A stretch of 64,000 nt of DNA, from NCBI GenBank assembly GCA_913057205.1, contig CAJXNO010000006.1:1778-65777 (forward strand), written 5' to 3'. This DNA comes from an uncultured Flavobacteriales bacterium (GTDB lineage Bacteria; Bacteroidota; Bacteroidia; Flavobacteriales_G; Salibacteraceae). Both the position numbers and the translations under genes were made by a program. Of the stretch, positions 56,230 to 64,000 are shown piece by piece; position 1 is the stretch's first letter; each line of letters starts with the position of its first letter. The notes beneath the pieces were generated by a model. It worked only from the letters and a program-made list of their open reading frames with translations. It did not search any database and was not told where the DNA came from.

Positions 56230-57804
56230 TTAGCCCTTCTTACTTCGGTGTTGATGGAGGCGAAACGTACGGTAGATGGAATAGAACACTGCCGCCGTGA
56301 TGGCCATGATCGCCGGGACTCCGCCCCACTCGATCAGGAGCGCGAAGCATCCAGAAACCGTAAACGCGATCAGCGCAGTAAGAAACCAACCTCCAACCAC
56401 ATTGGTAACTCCTGCAATACGTGATGCAGCGCTTGCGCTTCCCCAAGCTCGATCGGCCAAGGAGGTGCCCATGGCTACCATGAAAGAAACGTAGGTGGTA
56501 GACAGCGGAAGCTTCAGGGATGTTGCTAGACTGATCAACAAGCTCGCAACGGTGAGGTTGATCGAGGCACGTACTAAGTCAAAAGCTGGGCGTTCTTCTT
56601 CCGGTAACGCTTGTGCTACAGGTTCGAAACGAGCGTTGATCTTGTGCATCACCCGTTCAGGTAGCCTGGCGGTGAGGTAGGCGTTGCTGTGCTGAAAGAG
56701 TTTCATCATGAACCGCGCAAAGGCGGTTGGCTTAAAGCGCTCATCTCCATCGTGTTGTCGGCCGAGTTTCACCTCCGTATCCGTTACCGACTGCGCTTTC
56801 TTAGAAAACCACAACGTTACCACCATGATCAAACCCGCAAGTACGAGTAAAATTGTATTGGTTTGAATCGGCTCTGAAAGGGCGTCCATCATGAATGCAT
56901 CTGGTGCAACGCCCATACTTCGCCAAATGAGGTATGATTCTAGCCCGGCGATGGAAACGCCGATGAAATTCACCAGGTCGTTCCCGGCAAACGACATAGC
57001 GAGCGAGAACGTTCCGAATAGGACGACCACCCGAAGCAGGTTTACTTGAAATGCCGTAAGGGCTCTTCCAACAACGAGCCAGAACACAAAGGCTCCTCCA
57101 CTAAGGGCCGCAGCATGCTCTTGAGCATACGCAACGCATGCCTGAGAAAGAAAGCTCACACCAGACAGCCCTTTGAAAACCAAGAAGTACGAAATCGAAC
57201 TCAGGCAGATCGAGAAGAAAACTTGGTTCACCCAAGACTTGGCCCGTTCGATCTGAAAACTGTAGACCAATCGGGTGGCGTACTGTACGATGGTTCCGAT
57301 CGAGAATGCAAAGAATACCGACAAAAAGATCCCTCCAATGATTGCAACAGCCTTGGAGGTATTGATGTAGGCAAGGACACCGTCAGCATCGGGGTTGTCA
57401 TTGAACCAGAGTTTAAGCAAGGCCATTACCACACTCGCTCCAAGCAACTCAAAAACAATGGATACGGTAGTAGAAGTGGGCATGCCAAAGGAGTTGAATA
57501 GGTCCAACAACAAAATATCCGTCAGCATCACCGCCAAGAAGATGATCATCACTTCTTGAAAACTGAAGAGCTCCGGTACGAAGATGCCCTTTCGCGCAAT
57601 CTCCATCATGCCACTGGAAAAAAGGGCTCCCGTAAAAATTCCGAGTCCGGCAATGGTCATGATGACCTTACGTGAAGCCACTTTCGACCCGATGGAGGAA
57701 TTAAGAAAGTTGACGGCATCATTGCTCACACCTACCACAAGATCTGTGATGGCCAGCGCAAAAAGCAAGATGACGATGCCGAGGTAGTATTGTTCTGGAA
57801 GCAT
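56230..57804 (-). CDS. inorganic phosphate transporter, PiT (PHO4) family
   Basis: The GVSNDAVNF and GNDLVNFIG PiT signature motifs appear in both halves; multi-TM protein. Confidence 0.88.
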   Translation of the reverse strand: MLPEQYYLGIVILLFALAITDLVVGVSNDAVNFLNSSIGSKVASRKVIMTIAGLGIFTGALFSSGMMEIARKGIFVPELFSFQEVMIIFLAVMLTDILLLDLFNSFGMPTSTTVSIVFELLGASVVMALLKLWFNDNPDADGVLAYINTSKAVAIIGGIFLSVFFAFSIGTIVQYATRLVYSFQIERAKSWVNQVFFSICLSSISYFLVFKGLSGVSFLSQACVAYAQEHAAALSGGAFVFWLVVGRALTAFQVNLLRVVVLFGTFSLAMSFAGNDLVNFIGVSIAGLESYLIWRSMGVAPDAFMMDALSEPIQTNTILLVLAGLIMVVTLWFSKKAQSVTDTEVKLGRQHDGDERFKPTAFARFMMKLFQHSNAYLTARLPERVMHKINARFEPVAQALPEEERPAFDLVRASINLTVASLLISLATSLKLPLSTTYVSFMVAMGTSLADRAWGSASAASRIAGVTNVVGGWFLTALIAFTVSGCFALLIEWGGVPAIMAITAAVFYSIYRTFRLHQHRSKKG

Positions 57805-57861
57805 TTAAGCAAATCTCCCGGTCCGTCGTTACCTCAGGAGCAGCTCTGCATTACGGCTAGG

Positions 57862-58959
57862 TTAACTGAGCGTGTACATTTTACCAGGTAAGGTTCGGAT
57901 CACCCCTTTGAACTCCAGCTGTAAGAGGGTATTGGAAGTCTTGCTGACCGGCCAACCGCAAGCTACGCTGATGGAATCGAGCCCTAGGCTTTCTGCCTCA
58001 ACCAAACGATCGTACACGGCTTGCTCATCCGTATTGAGCTCTAAGAAAAGTTGTTTCTGCGGAACCGGTCGTTGTTCCATGACTTCCCAGCCCATGGTGT
58101 ACATCAGGTCCTTCGCGCCTTCGATGAGCTGGACCTGATTGCGCTTTATGAGCAAGTTGCAGCCCCTAGACATCTTATTATCAGCGCGACCCGGAAAAGC
58201 GCACACATCTCGGTTGTAGCTCAATGCCTGGCTAACGGTAATCATGGAGCCCCCCTTCACACCGGTTTCTATCACTACCACCACATCGGCCATTCCAGCA
58301 ACAATACGGTTGCGCTGAGGGAAATTCTCTCGGTCTGGTTTCGTGCCTGCTTCGAATTCACTGAGCAAGGCACCATTCTGCTGCATTCTTTGCGCTAAGG
58401 CCTTATTCTCCGATGGATAGATCCGGTCGAGCGAATGTCCGAGCACTGCTACTGTCGGCAATCCAACGCGTACGGCATGCTCATGCGCCAAGGTGTCAAC
58501 TCCTAAAGCCAAACCACTGATGATCAAAGGCGAAAGAGGTTTCAATCCGTCAATCAGTTTTTGGACGCAATCTTTCCCATAAGGGGTAGCGTTGCGCGTC
58601 CCGATGATGGCAACGGTGTGCTTTGCGTTCAAATCGGTTTCTCCCTGCTGGTAGAGCAAGATCGGAGCATCACTGCAATGCCTGAGGCGATGAGGATAGC
58701 GTGCTTCATCGAAGAACACTACATCCAGCCCTTTACTTTCAATGAATTCCAGCTCACGCCGCGCGGCTTCCAAGGCCAAGGTTCTGCTCATCTTGCGCAT
58801 GGTTGCAGGACCAACCGATAGCACTTCAGCCCACAGTCGTTGGTCTGCTCGGAACACTTCTTCCAAGCCTCCAAAGTACTTGATGAGTGCACGCGCACGC
58901 TGAGCACCAATGCCTGTTATATTCTTTAACGCAATCTGATATACCCTCAAATCCTCCAT
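57862..58959 (-). CDS. dprA: DNA-processing protein DprA
   Basis: SAM-like N-terminal domain (ITGIGAQRARAL), a Rossmann core (AIIGTRNATPYG, SGLALGVD) and a C-terminal winged helix. Confidence 0.9.
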   Translation of the reverse strand: MEDLRVYQIALKNITGIGAQRARALIKYFGGLEEVFRADQRLWAEVLSVGPATMRKMSRTLALEAARRELEFIESKGLDVVFFDEARYPHRLRHCSDAPILLYQQGETDLNAKHTVAIIGTRNATPYGKDCVQKLIDGLKPLSPLIISGLALGVDTLAHEHAVRVGLPTVAVLGHSLDRIYPSENKALAQRMQQNGALLSEFEAGTKPDRENFPQRNRIVAGMADVVVVIETGVKGGSMITVSQALSYNRDVCAFPGRADNKMSRGCNLLIKRNQVQLIEGAKDLMYTMGWEVMEQRPVPQKQLFLELNTDEQAVYDRLVEAESLGLDSISVACGWPVSKTSNTLLQLEFKGVIRTLPGKMYTLS

Positions 58960-59019
58960 CAATCCATTACGAAAATAACTAGCCTGCTGTAATGATATGT
59001 ACTTTCGTTTTTGCGATTT

Positions 59020-59763
59020 ATGAAAGTACTCGGCGTAATACCTTCGCGATACAATTCCTCACGGTTTCCTGGCAAGCCCCTTATCGAATTAGAGGGAAAG
59101 ACCATGATCCAGCGTGTGTACGAGCAAGCATCGTCTAGTCAACTCGATCGGGTTGTTGTAGCCACCGACGATGAGCGGATTTACAATCATGTGAAATCTT
59201 TCGGTGGTGATGCCGTCATGACCTCAGCGTCACATCAAACCGGAACCGATCGATGCGTAGAAGCATTCGAACATTTGGGTGAGGAATATGATGCCGTGAT
59301 CAACATCCAAGGGGATGAGCCAGTAATCCGACCCGGACAATTGGATCTGTTGGCTTTCTGTTTCAACGATGACCGTTGTGAAATCGCTACTCTGGCGGTG
59401 AAGATCCACGAAAATGACATTCTGTTCGATTCGAGCAAGATCAAAACCGTTCTTGACCACAACAGCAATGCAATCTACTTCAGTAGGCATCCCATCCCCT
59501 ATCAGCAACGGCCAGCCGACCAATGGTTGGAGCATCACACCTACTTCAAACATGTAGGTATTTATGGGTTCCGCAGCGATATCCTCAAGGAAGTAGGTAA
59601 GCTTCCACCATCCACCTTGGAGCAGGCAGAATCCCTCGAGCAGCTACGCTGGATGGAGAATGGATATTCGATACAAGTAAAGGTGACGGAGTTCGATTCC
59701 ATCTCGATCGATATCCCGAAGGATGTTGATCGCGTTTTACAGATCCTTCAAGGCAATAATTAA
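59020..59763 (+). CDS. kdsB: 3-deoxy-manno-octulosonate cytidylyltransferase
   Basis: IPSRYNSSRFPGKPL, NIQGDEP and EQLRW motifs. Confidence 0.9.
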   Translation: MKVLGVIPSRYNSSRFPGKPLIELEGKTMIQRVYEQASSSQLDRVVVATDDERIYNHVKSFGGDAVMTSASHQTGTDRCVEAFEHLGEEYDAVINIQGDEPVIRPGQLDLLAFCFNDDRCEIATLAVKIHENDILFDSSKIKTVLDHNSNAIYFSRHPIPYQQRPADQWLEHHTYFKHVGIYGFRSDILKEVGKLPPSTLEQAESLEQLRWMENGYSIQVKVTEFDSISIDIPKDVDRVLQILQGNN

Positions 59764-59791
59764 GGACAGATTCTTTTCTTTGTCTTCATCG

Positions 59792-60964
59792 ATGCACCCG
59801 CTGGATGAACATATCGCCCGTTTGCTTGAAGATCACGACTGTGTGATCGTTCCTGCTTTTGGAGGCTTCGTAGCAAACTACGCTTCTGCACGGGTTAATC
59901 CGGTGAGTAACCGCTTCGACCCACCCTACCGTAAGATCAGCTTCAACAAGCACTTGGTGCACAATGACGGTTTGCTGGCAGCCTACGTTGCTCGAAAGGA
60001 AGAAGCGTCGTATGAGGAAGCGCTCCGCAATGTGAAAGACTACGCCTTTTACTTGAAGGAAGGGTTGAAGCAGGATCAGAAGGTCAAAATCGAACGCGTT
60101 GGCTTACTGTATCAGCATCCGGATGGAACGCTCCATTTTGAACAGGTCCGCAATACTGACTTTTTCAAGGAAGGTACAGGCCTGGCTTCCTTCTTCGCAA
60201 AACGCATCGATCAAGCTCTGTCGCAGCCTGAAGCGCCAACAGAAGAGAGAAAAGCTCCGGCTCCTACACCCGTTCTAGAGGTAAGCAAGCCTGTGACCGA
60301 ACTCGCTGAGGAAAAATCAGAGGAAACGCCTGCCAAGGTAATTCCGATCACAGAAGCTCCCGATGAAAAGGTGGAACATCAGGAAGCGAGAGTTCAAGAG
60401 AAGGAAGAAGCACCTACTAAGAAGCGTCGTTATTGGCCGGTTGCTGCGGCATTAATCGGACTGCCGCTGATTGGATATGCGGTCTGGTTGTCATTGAGTT
60501 CTCCCTTGTTCAAAGGTGACGACCAGCAGTTTCAATGGAGCGATCTCAACCCGATCCATATCACAGATACCTCTTACGAGGTGCGAGAACGCGTTTTTGA
60601 AGCCGATGACACAGACATTCCTGAGCCGATCGTGATCGAAGACTTGGAAGAGAGTCTCGTTCTCAGTTTGGAAAACGATCCAGACAAGACCTTAGTGGTG
60701 CGATTGGTAGATTCAAAACCAAGCACGGCTAAGGCTTCCGCTGAACTCCGTTACCATGTAGTGGGCGGATGTTTCAGCATGAAGAGCAACGCCGAAGGCT
60801 TGATCGATCGATTCCGGAAACGAGGCAATAATGCTGCTTTGATCGATGAGAAAGGTGGACTATACCGCGTAAGCGTGCAAAGCTTTGCCACAAAAAAAGA
60901 GGCCCGGGATTACCTGGCCTCTGTACGAAATGAAATTCCTGGAGCTTGGCTCCTTTATAAGTAG
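59792..60964 (+). CDS. SPOR-domain protein with HU-CCDC81-like N-terminal domains
   Basis: The N-terminal VPAFGGFVANY / ERVGLLY pattern, a low-complexity linker, one TM segment, and a C-terminal SPOR domain (YHVVGGCFS...A..L....R..G..A......GLYRVSV.SF..K.EA). Confidence 0.7.
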   Translation: MHPLDEHIARLLEDHDCVIVPAFGGFVANYASARVNPVSNRFDPPYRKISFNKHLVHNDGLLAAYVARKEEASYEEALRNVKDYAFYLKEGLKQDQKVKIERVGLLYQHPDGTLHFEQVRNTDFFKEGTGLASFFAKRIDQALSQPEAPTEERKAPAPTPVLEVSKPVTELAEEKSEETPAKVIPITEAPDEKVEHQEARVQEKEEAPTKKRRYWPVAAALIGLPLIGYAVWLSLSSPLFKGDDQQFQWSDLNPIHITDTSYEVRERVFEADDTDIPEPIVIEDLEESLVLSLENDPDKTLVVRLVDSKPSTAKASAELRYHVVGGCFSMKSNAEGLIDRFRKRGNNAALIDEKGGLYRVSVQSFATKKEARDYLASVRNEIPGAWLLYK

Positions 60965-61815
60965 TTCTTCAGCAAGTGGCTGTTGGCCTTCTTTCTTAAG
61001 CTTCTTAGCCCCTTCTCGCGGATTTGACGAATACGCTCTCTGGTGAGGCCAAGGTTATTTGCAATCTCTTCTAAGGTCATCGGCGGAACGCCATTCAGTC
61101 CGAATGACAACCGTAATACGTCTGCTTCACGCTCTTTCAGGTTGACCAACACGCGTTCAATGTCTCTACGAAGCGACTCATGCATGAGCAGGTCGGTTGG
61201 TATATCAGAGTCATCATTGGGCATCACATGCAACAGGCTGTTGTCTTCCCCTTCCATCAAAGGAGCATCTACACTCACCTGCTTCTGCGCATAAACAAAA
61301 AGATCTCCAACGCTATCTGGATTCGATTCCAGCATTTCGCCGATCTCATCATTCGATGGAGGACGTTCAAACTTCTGTTCTAAAGTAGAATATGCTTGAG
61401 ATACCTTTTGGATGGCGCTTACCTTATTCAAGGGAAGGCGAACCACTCGGCTATTCTCTGCAATTGCTTGCATGATGCTTTGGCGAATCCACCAAACAGC
61501 ATAGGAAATGAACTTGAAACCCTTGGTCTCATCAAACCGCTTTGCGGCGATGATCAATCCGATATTTCCCTCTGCGATCAAATCTTCCAGCGTTAATCCA
61601 TGGCCTTGGTATTGTTTCGCTACGGAAATAACAAACCTCAAGTTCGCGCTTACCAACTTGTTCAGCGCGGTTTCATCACCTTGCTTGATCCTTACAGCTA
61701 GCCGAACTTCTTCTTCGGCCGTAATCATCTCTTCTTTAGAGACATCGCTGAGGTATTTATCAATGGATTTGCTGTCGCGGTTGGTGAGCTGTTTGGTTAT
61801 TTTAAGCTGACGCAT
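60955..61815 (-). CDS. rpoD: RNA polymerase primary sigma factor (Bacteroidota sigma-A)
   Basis: 286 aa with regions 1.2-4.2 (LRFVISVAKQY, YAVWWIRQ, TLEEIANNLGLTRERIRQI). The short N-terminus is typical of Bacteroidota. Confidence 0.95.
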   Translation of the reverse strand: MRQLKITKQLTNRDSKSIDKYLSDVSKEEMITAEEEVRLAVRIKQGDETALNKLVSANLRFVISVAKQYQGHGLTLEDLIAEGNIGLIIAAKRFDETKGFKFISYAVWWIRQSIMQAIAENSRVVRLPLNKVSAIQKVSQAYSTLEQKFERPPSNDEIGEMLESNPDSVGDLFVYAQKQVSVDAPLMEGEDNSLLHVMPNDDSDIPTDLLMHESLRRDIERVLVNLKEREADVLRLSFGLNGVPPMTLEEIANNLGLTRERIRQIREKGLRSLRKKANSHLLKNYL

Positions 61816-61959
61816 AGGTAGTAGGATTAGTTATTAGGTAAAGGGAGTTTGAATGTAGGAATTATTTGGTAATTAACAATTCCGACTTCAAAACTTTACC
61901 GAAACCCATGCAAAAGCCAGCAGCTCAAACTCGTCGAAGCCAACGAGTCACTGAGCGAA

Positions 61960-62412
61960 TCAATTTCGCCACTTATCTAAGATCTCATTCGCTTTCTTCG
62001 CATCCTCCTCACTGATGGTGTGAAGGTTCTGCTCCCATTGCTCCCACTCTTGATCGATCTTCTCCAAAAGCTTTAGACCCTCTTCCGTGATCTTCACATC
62101 TACCTGTCGACGGTCATGATCACATGGCTCACGTGTAACCAAACCTTTTGATTTGAGCTTATCAACGATACGGGATACGTTGCTCATTTTATCGATCATG
62201 CGATCTTTCAAAAGGTTCACCGAAGCAGCATCTGGATACTGGCCGCGCAAGATGCGGAGCGAGTTATACTGCTGTGGGGTGAGTCCATGCACCTTGAAGA
62301 TGCTGTTTTGCAAGCCGTTGAGCCAACTGCTGGTGTAAAGCACATTGATCAACAACTTGTTGTACTGATTCCTAAACTCCTTTTGCTTGATCTCTTCTTC
62401 GATCTTTCCCAT
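61960..62412 (-). CDS. MarR-family transcriptional regulator
   Basis: Winged-helix pattern (LTPQQYNSLRIL..., DRMIDKMSNVSRIVDKL..KGLV.R....DRR). The ATG at 62412 is preferred. Confidence 0.8.
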   Translation of the reverse strand: MGKIEEEIKQKEFRNQYNKLLINVLYTSSWLNGLQNSIFKVHGLTPQQYNSLRILRGQYPDAASVNLLKDRMIDKMSNVSRIVDKLKSKGLVTREPCDHDRRQVDVKITEEGLKLLEKIDQEWEQWEQNLHTISEEDAKKANEILDKWRN

Positions 62413-62460
62413 CGGACAGAATTTGCGCAAAAGTATGTAATAACATTTAATGTAGGTGTA

Positions 62461-62985
62461 TCACTTTCTCAGTCGTTTGTACGTGCGCACAGCAATCATC
62501 AACAGCACACCAACCGCAAAGAAACCGAGTGTGCCGTAGATCCAGTTCAGCGTTCCCTTGAGCACCACAACAAAGATGATAGCCACCAGCCAAAGCGTCG
62601 CCAGCTCATTCCATAAACGGAGTTGTGTAGAGTTCCAGACCAACTCGTCCTTTTGATAGCGGCGGTAAAGCCAATGGTTGGCGAGGTGGTAGACCCACAA
62701 CAAGGTGGTCAATCCCAGTTTGAGCATCATCCAGCCTTGCGACCATAAGTTGAGCTCAATCACCATCCAATAACCGAAGATCGTACTCAAAATAGCCGCA
62801 GGCCATGTGATGATCTGCCAAAGGCGTCGCTCCATGATCTTGAATTGTCCAAAGAGCGTTGAACGTTCAGACGCATCCCGGTCACCTGCCTCGGTATGGT
62901 AGATGAATAGGCGCACCATGTAGAAGAGTCCGGCAAACCAACTCACCACGAAGATCAGGTGTAGGGATTTGAGGTATAAATACAT
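62461..62985 (-). CDS. hemJ: protoporphyrinogen IX oxidase HemJ-type (UPF0093/CopD-like membrane protein)
   Basis: The N-terminal MYLYLKSLHLIFVVSWFAGLFY is typical of HemJ; 4-5 TM segments. Confidence 0.75.
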   Translation of the reverse strand: MYLYLKSLHLIFVVSWFAGLFYMVRLFIYHTEAGDRDASERSTLFGQFKIMERRLWQIITWPAAILSTIFGYWMVIELNLWSQGWMMLKLGLTTLLWVYHLANHWLYRRYQKDELVWNSTQLRLWNELATLWLVAIIFVVVLKGTLNWIYGTLGFFAVGVLLMIAVRTYKRLRK

Positions 62986-63005
62986 GGATTCGAAGGTACG
63001 CCACA

Positions 63006-63569
63006 ATGCTTAATCCTACTTTTGCACGCAAAGAATTGAACATGGCAAAAGCCAAGAAAGCTTCAGAGTCGTGCGCTACGGCAACGCACATCGTTCTACC
63101 AGATGATACCAACACCTTGGGCAACCTGATGGGCGGTAGGCTCATGTATTGGATGGACGTGATTTCAGCCGTGGCTGCCCACCGCCATTGCAACCGTGTG
63201 GTAGTGACCGCATCTGTGAACAACATCAGCTTCAATCAACCGATCAAGTTGGGCGATTTTGTGACCTTGGAGGCCAAAGTGAGTCGTGCCTTTGGTTCCA
63301 GCATGGAGGTATTCATCGAAGTATACGTAGAGGATCATCGCACCGGCGCAAAGACCAAGGCGAATGAAGCGATCTTCACCTTTGTTGCCGTTGACCAGAT
63401 CGGCAACACGATCGACGTGCCTGAACTCATCCCCGAGACAGATGTTGAGAAACAGCGCTATGATGCTGCCTTGCGCCGAAAGCAACTGAGCCTGATCCTG
63501 GCTGGACGCATGAAGCCGACCGACGCAACTGAATTGAAAGCAATCTTTGAAGACCTAACCGAACAATAG
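63006..63569 (+). CDS. acyl-CoA thioesterase (hotdog fold, YciA/BFIT-like)
   Basis: [22 protein letters not shown] and [17 protein letters not shown] motifs. The start could also be the ATG at 63042. Confidence 0.8.
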   Translation: MLNPTFARKELNMAKAKKASESCATATHIVLPDDTNTLGNLMGGRLMYWMDVISAVAAHRHCNRVVVTASVNNISFNQPIKLGDFVTLEAKVSRAFGSSMEVFIEVYVEDHRTGAKTKANEAIFTFVAVDQIGNTIDVPELIPETDVEKQRYDAALRRKQLSLILAGRMKPTDATELKAIFEDLTEQ

Positions 63570-63573
63570 AACA

Positions 63574-64000
63574 ATGGCGATCACACACGAAAAAGTACTG
63601 GAAGCACTGAGCTACGTAATAGAACCCGAACTCAAGAAAGACGTGGTAAGTCTTGGGCTGGTTTCGGAGGTTAAGGTTCAGGGCAACTCAGTATCCTTTC
63701 ACCTGAAAGCGAGCAATCCAGCGATGCACTATCGCAAGCGACTAGAGGAGGCAGCGATCCATCAGGTGCGAAGGTTCTTGGGAGAGGATGTAACCGTTCT
63801 ACCTGAGGTGGAAGCCCTCCCGAAGAGCAGCGATCGTCCGCAAGAGCAACGCAAATTCCTTCCTGGCGTGAAGCGCTTCATCGCTGTTGCTTCTGGAAAA
63901 GGAGGAGTAGGTAAAAGCACGATCTGTGCGAACATCGCCGCAGGCCTGGCAAAGCAAGGCTACAAAGTTGGGTTGGTAGATGCAGACATCTACGGTCCGT
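63574..64000 (+). CDS. Mrp/ApbC/NBP35-family Fe-S cluster carrier ATPase (5' part, runs off the window)
   Basis: N-terminal DUF59-like domain, then the deviant Walker [15 protein letters not shown]. Confidence 0.85.
   Translation, partial: MAITHEKVLEALSYVIEPELKKDVVSLGLVSEVKVQGNSVSFHLKASNPAMHYRKRLEEAAIHQVRRFLGEDVTVLPEVEALPKSSDRPQEQRKFLPGVKRFIAVASGKGGVGKSTICANIAAGLAKQGYKVGLVDADIYGP

Noticed and set aside
1-64000. A search by eye for tRNA/rRNA genes, CRISPR arrays, transposases, integrases, phage genes, toxin-antitoxin pairs, restriction-modification or other defence modules, and long DNA repeats.
   Set aside because: None was found. All intergenic gaps are shorter than 210 nt and are accounted for by promoters and terminators. 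The only tandem repeat is the intragenic 3 x 339-nt module at 35679-36695.

Overview
This 64-kb chromosomal window appears to come from a Bacteroidota (Flavobacteriia-like) genome. The evidence is a SusC/SusD pair, three T9SS C-terminal sorting domains, a 286-aa sigma-A, and TAnnTTTG -7 boxes. I saw no tRNA, rRNA, CRISPR array, transposase, integrase or recognisable defence genes.

Content in order:
- 1-11.4 kb: central carbon genes. These are an ALDH7-type dehydrogenase, a string of small lipoproteins, gap plus a BadF-type sugar kinase, a Nudix-fold (NrtR-like) regulator, and a complete Entner-Doudoroff operon zwf-pgl-edd-eda.
- 11.9-15.4 kb: mfd.
- 15.4-37 kb: a laminarin-type polysaccharide utilisation locus. 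It holds a putative cytoplasmic GH149/GH94-like beta-1,3-glucan phosphorylase, GH30, CBM6-GH16, an MFS sugar porter, GH3, an SSS/SGLT symporter, a second Nudix-fold regulator, SusC, SusD, a PKD surface glycan-binding lipoprotein, PKD-GH16, and a T9SS-secreted protein with three tandem Cys-rich modules.
- 37.1-40.8 kb: a translationally coupled operon of type III PKS, methyltransferase, flavoprotein and UbiA prenyltransferase.
- 40.8-64 kb: housekeeping genes. These are fbp, hmgA, hppD, a GEVED/SprB-repeat T9SS adhesin, pfkA, ClC, aspS, lgt, hemB, PiT, dprA, kdsB, a SPOR protein, rpoD, MarR, hemJ, a thioesterase and mrp.

Most interesting observations:
- Two different palindromic or shared operator-like motifs each sit directly upstream of perfect -7 boxes. 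Each can be paired with one of the two Nudix-fold regulators: one with gap/ED, the other with the PUL.
- The PKS-MT-FAD-UbiA phenolic-lipid/quinone-like cluster has a product I cannot assign.
- The PUL combines a phosphorolytic and a hydrolytic route.
- A small conserved gene carries an in-frame TAA.
- An unlisted 57-codon Cys-rich lipoprotein ORF lies upstream of the lipoprotein string.

All functional calls rest on motif and family recognition by eye. No searches were run.
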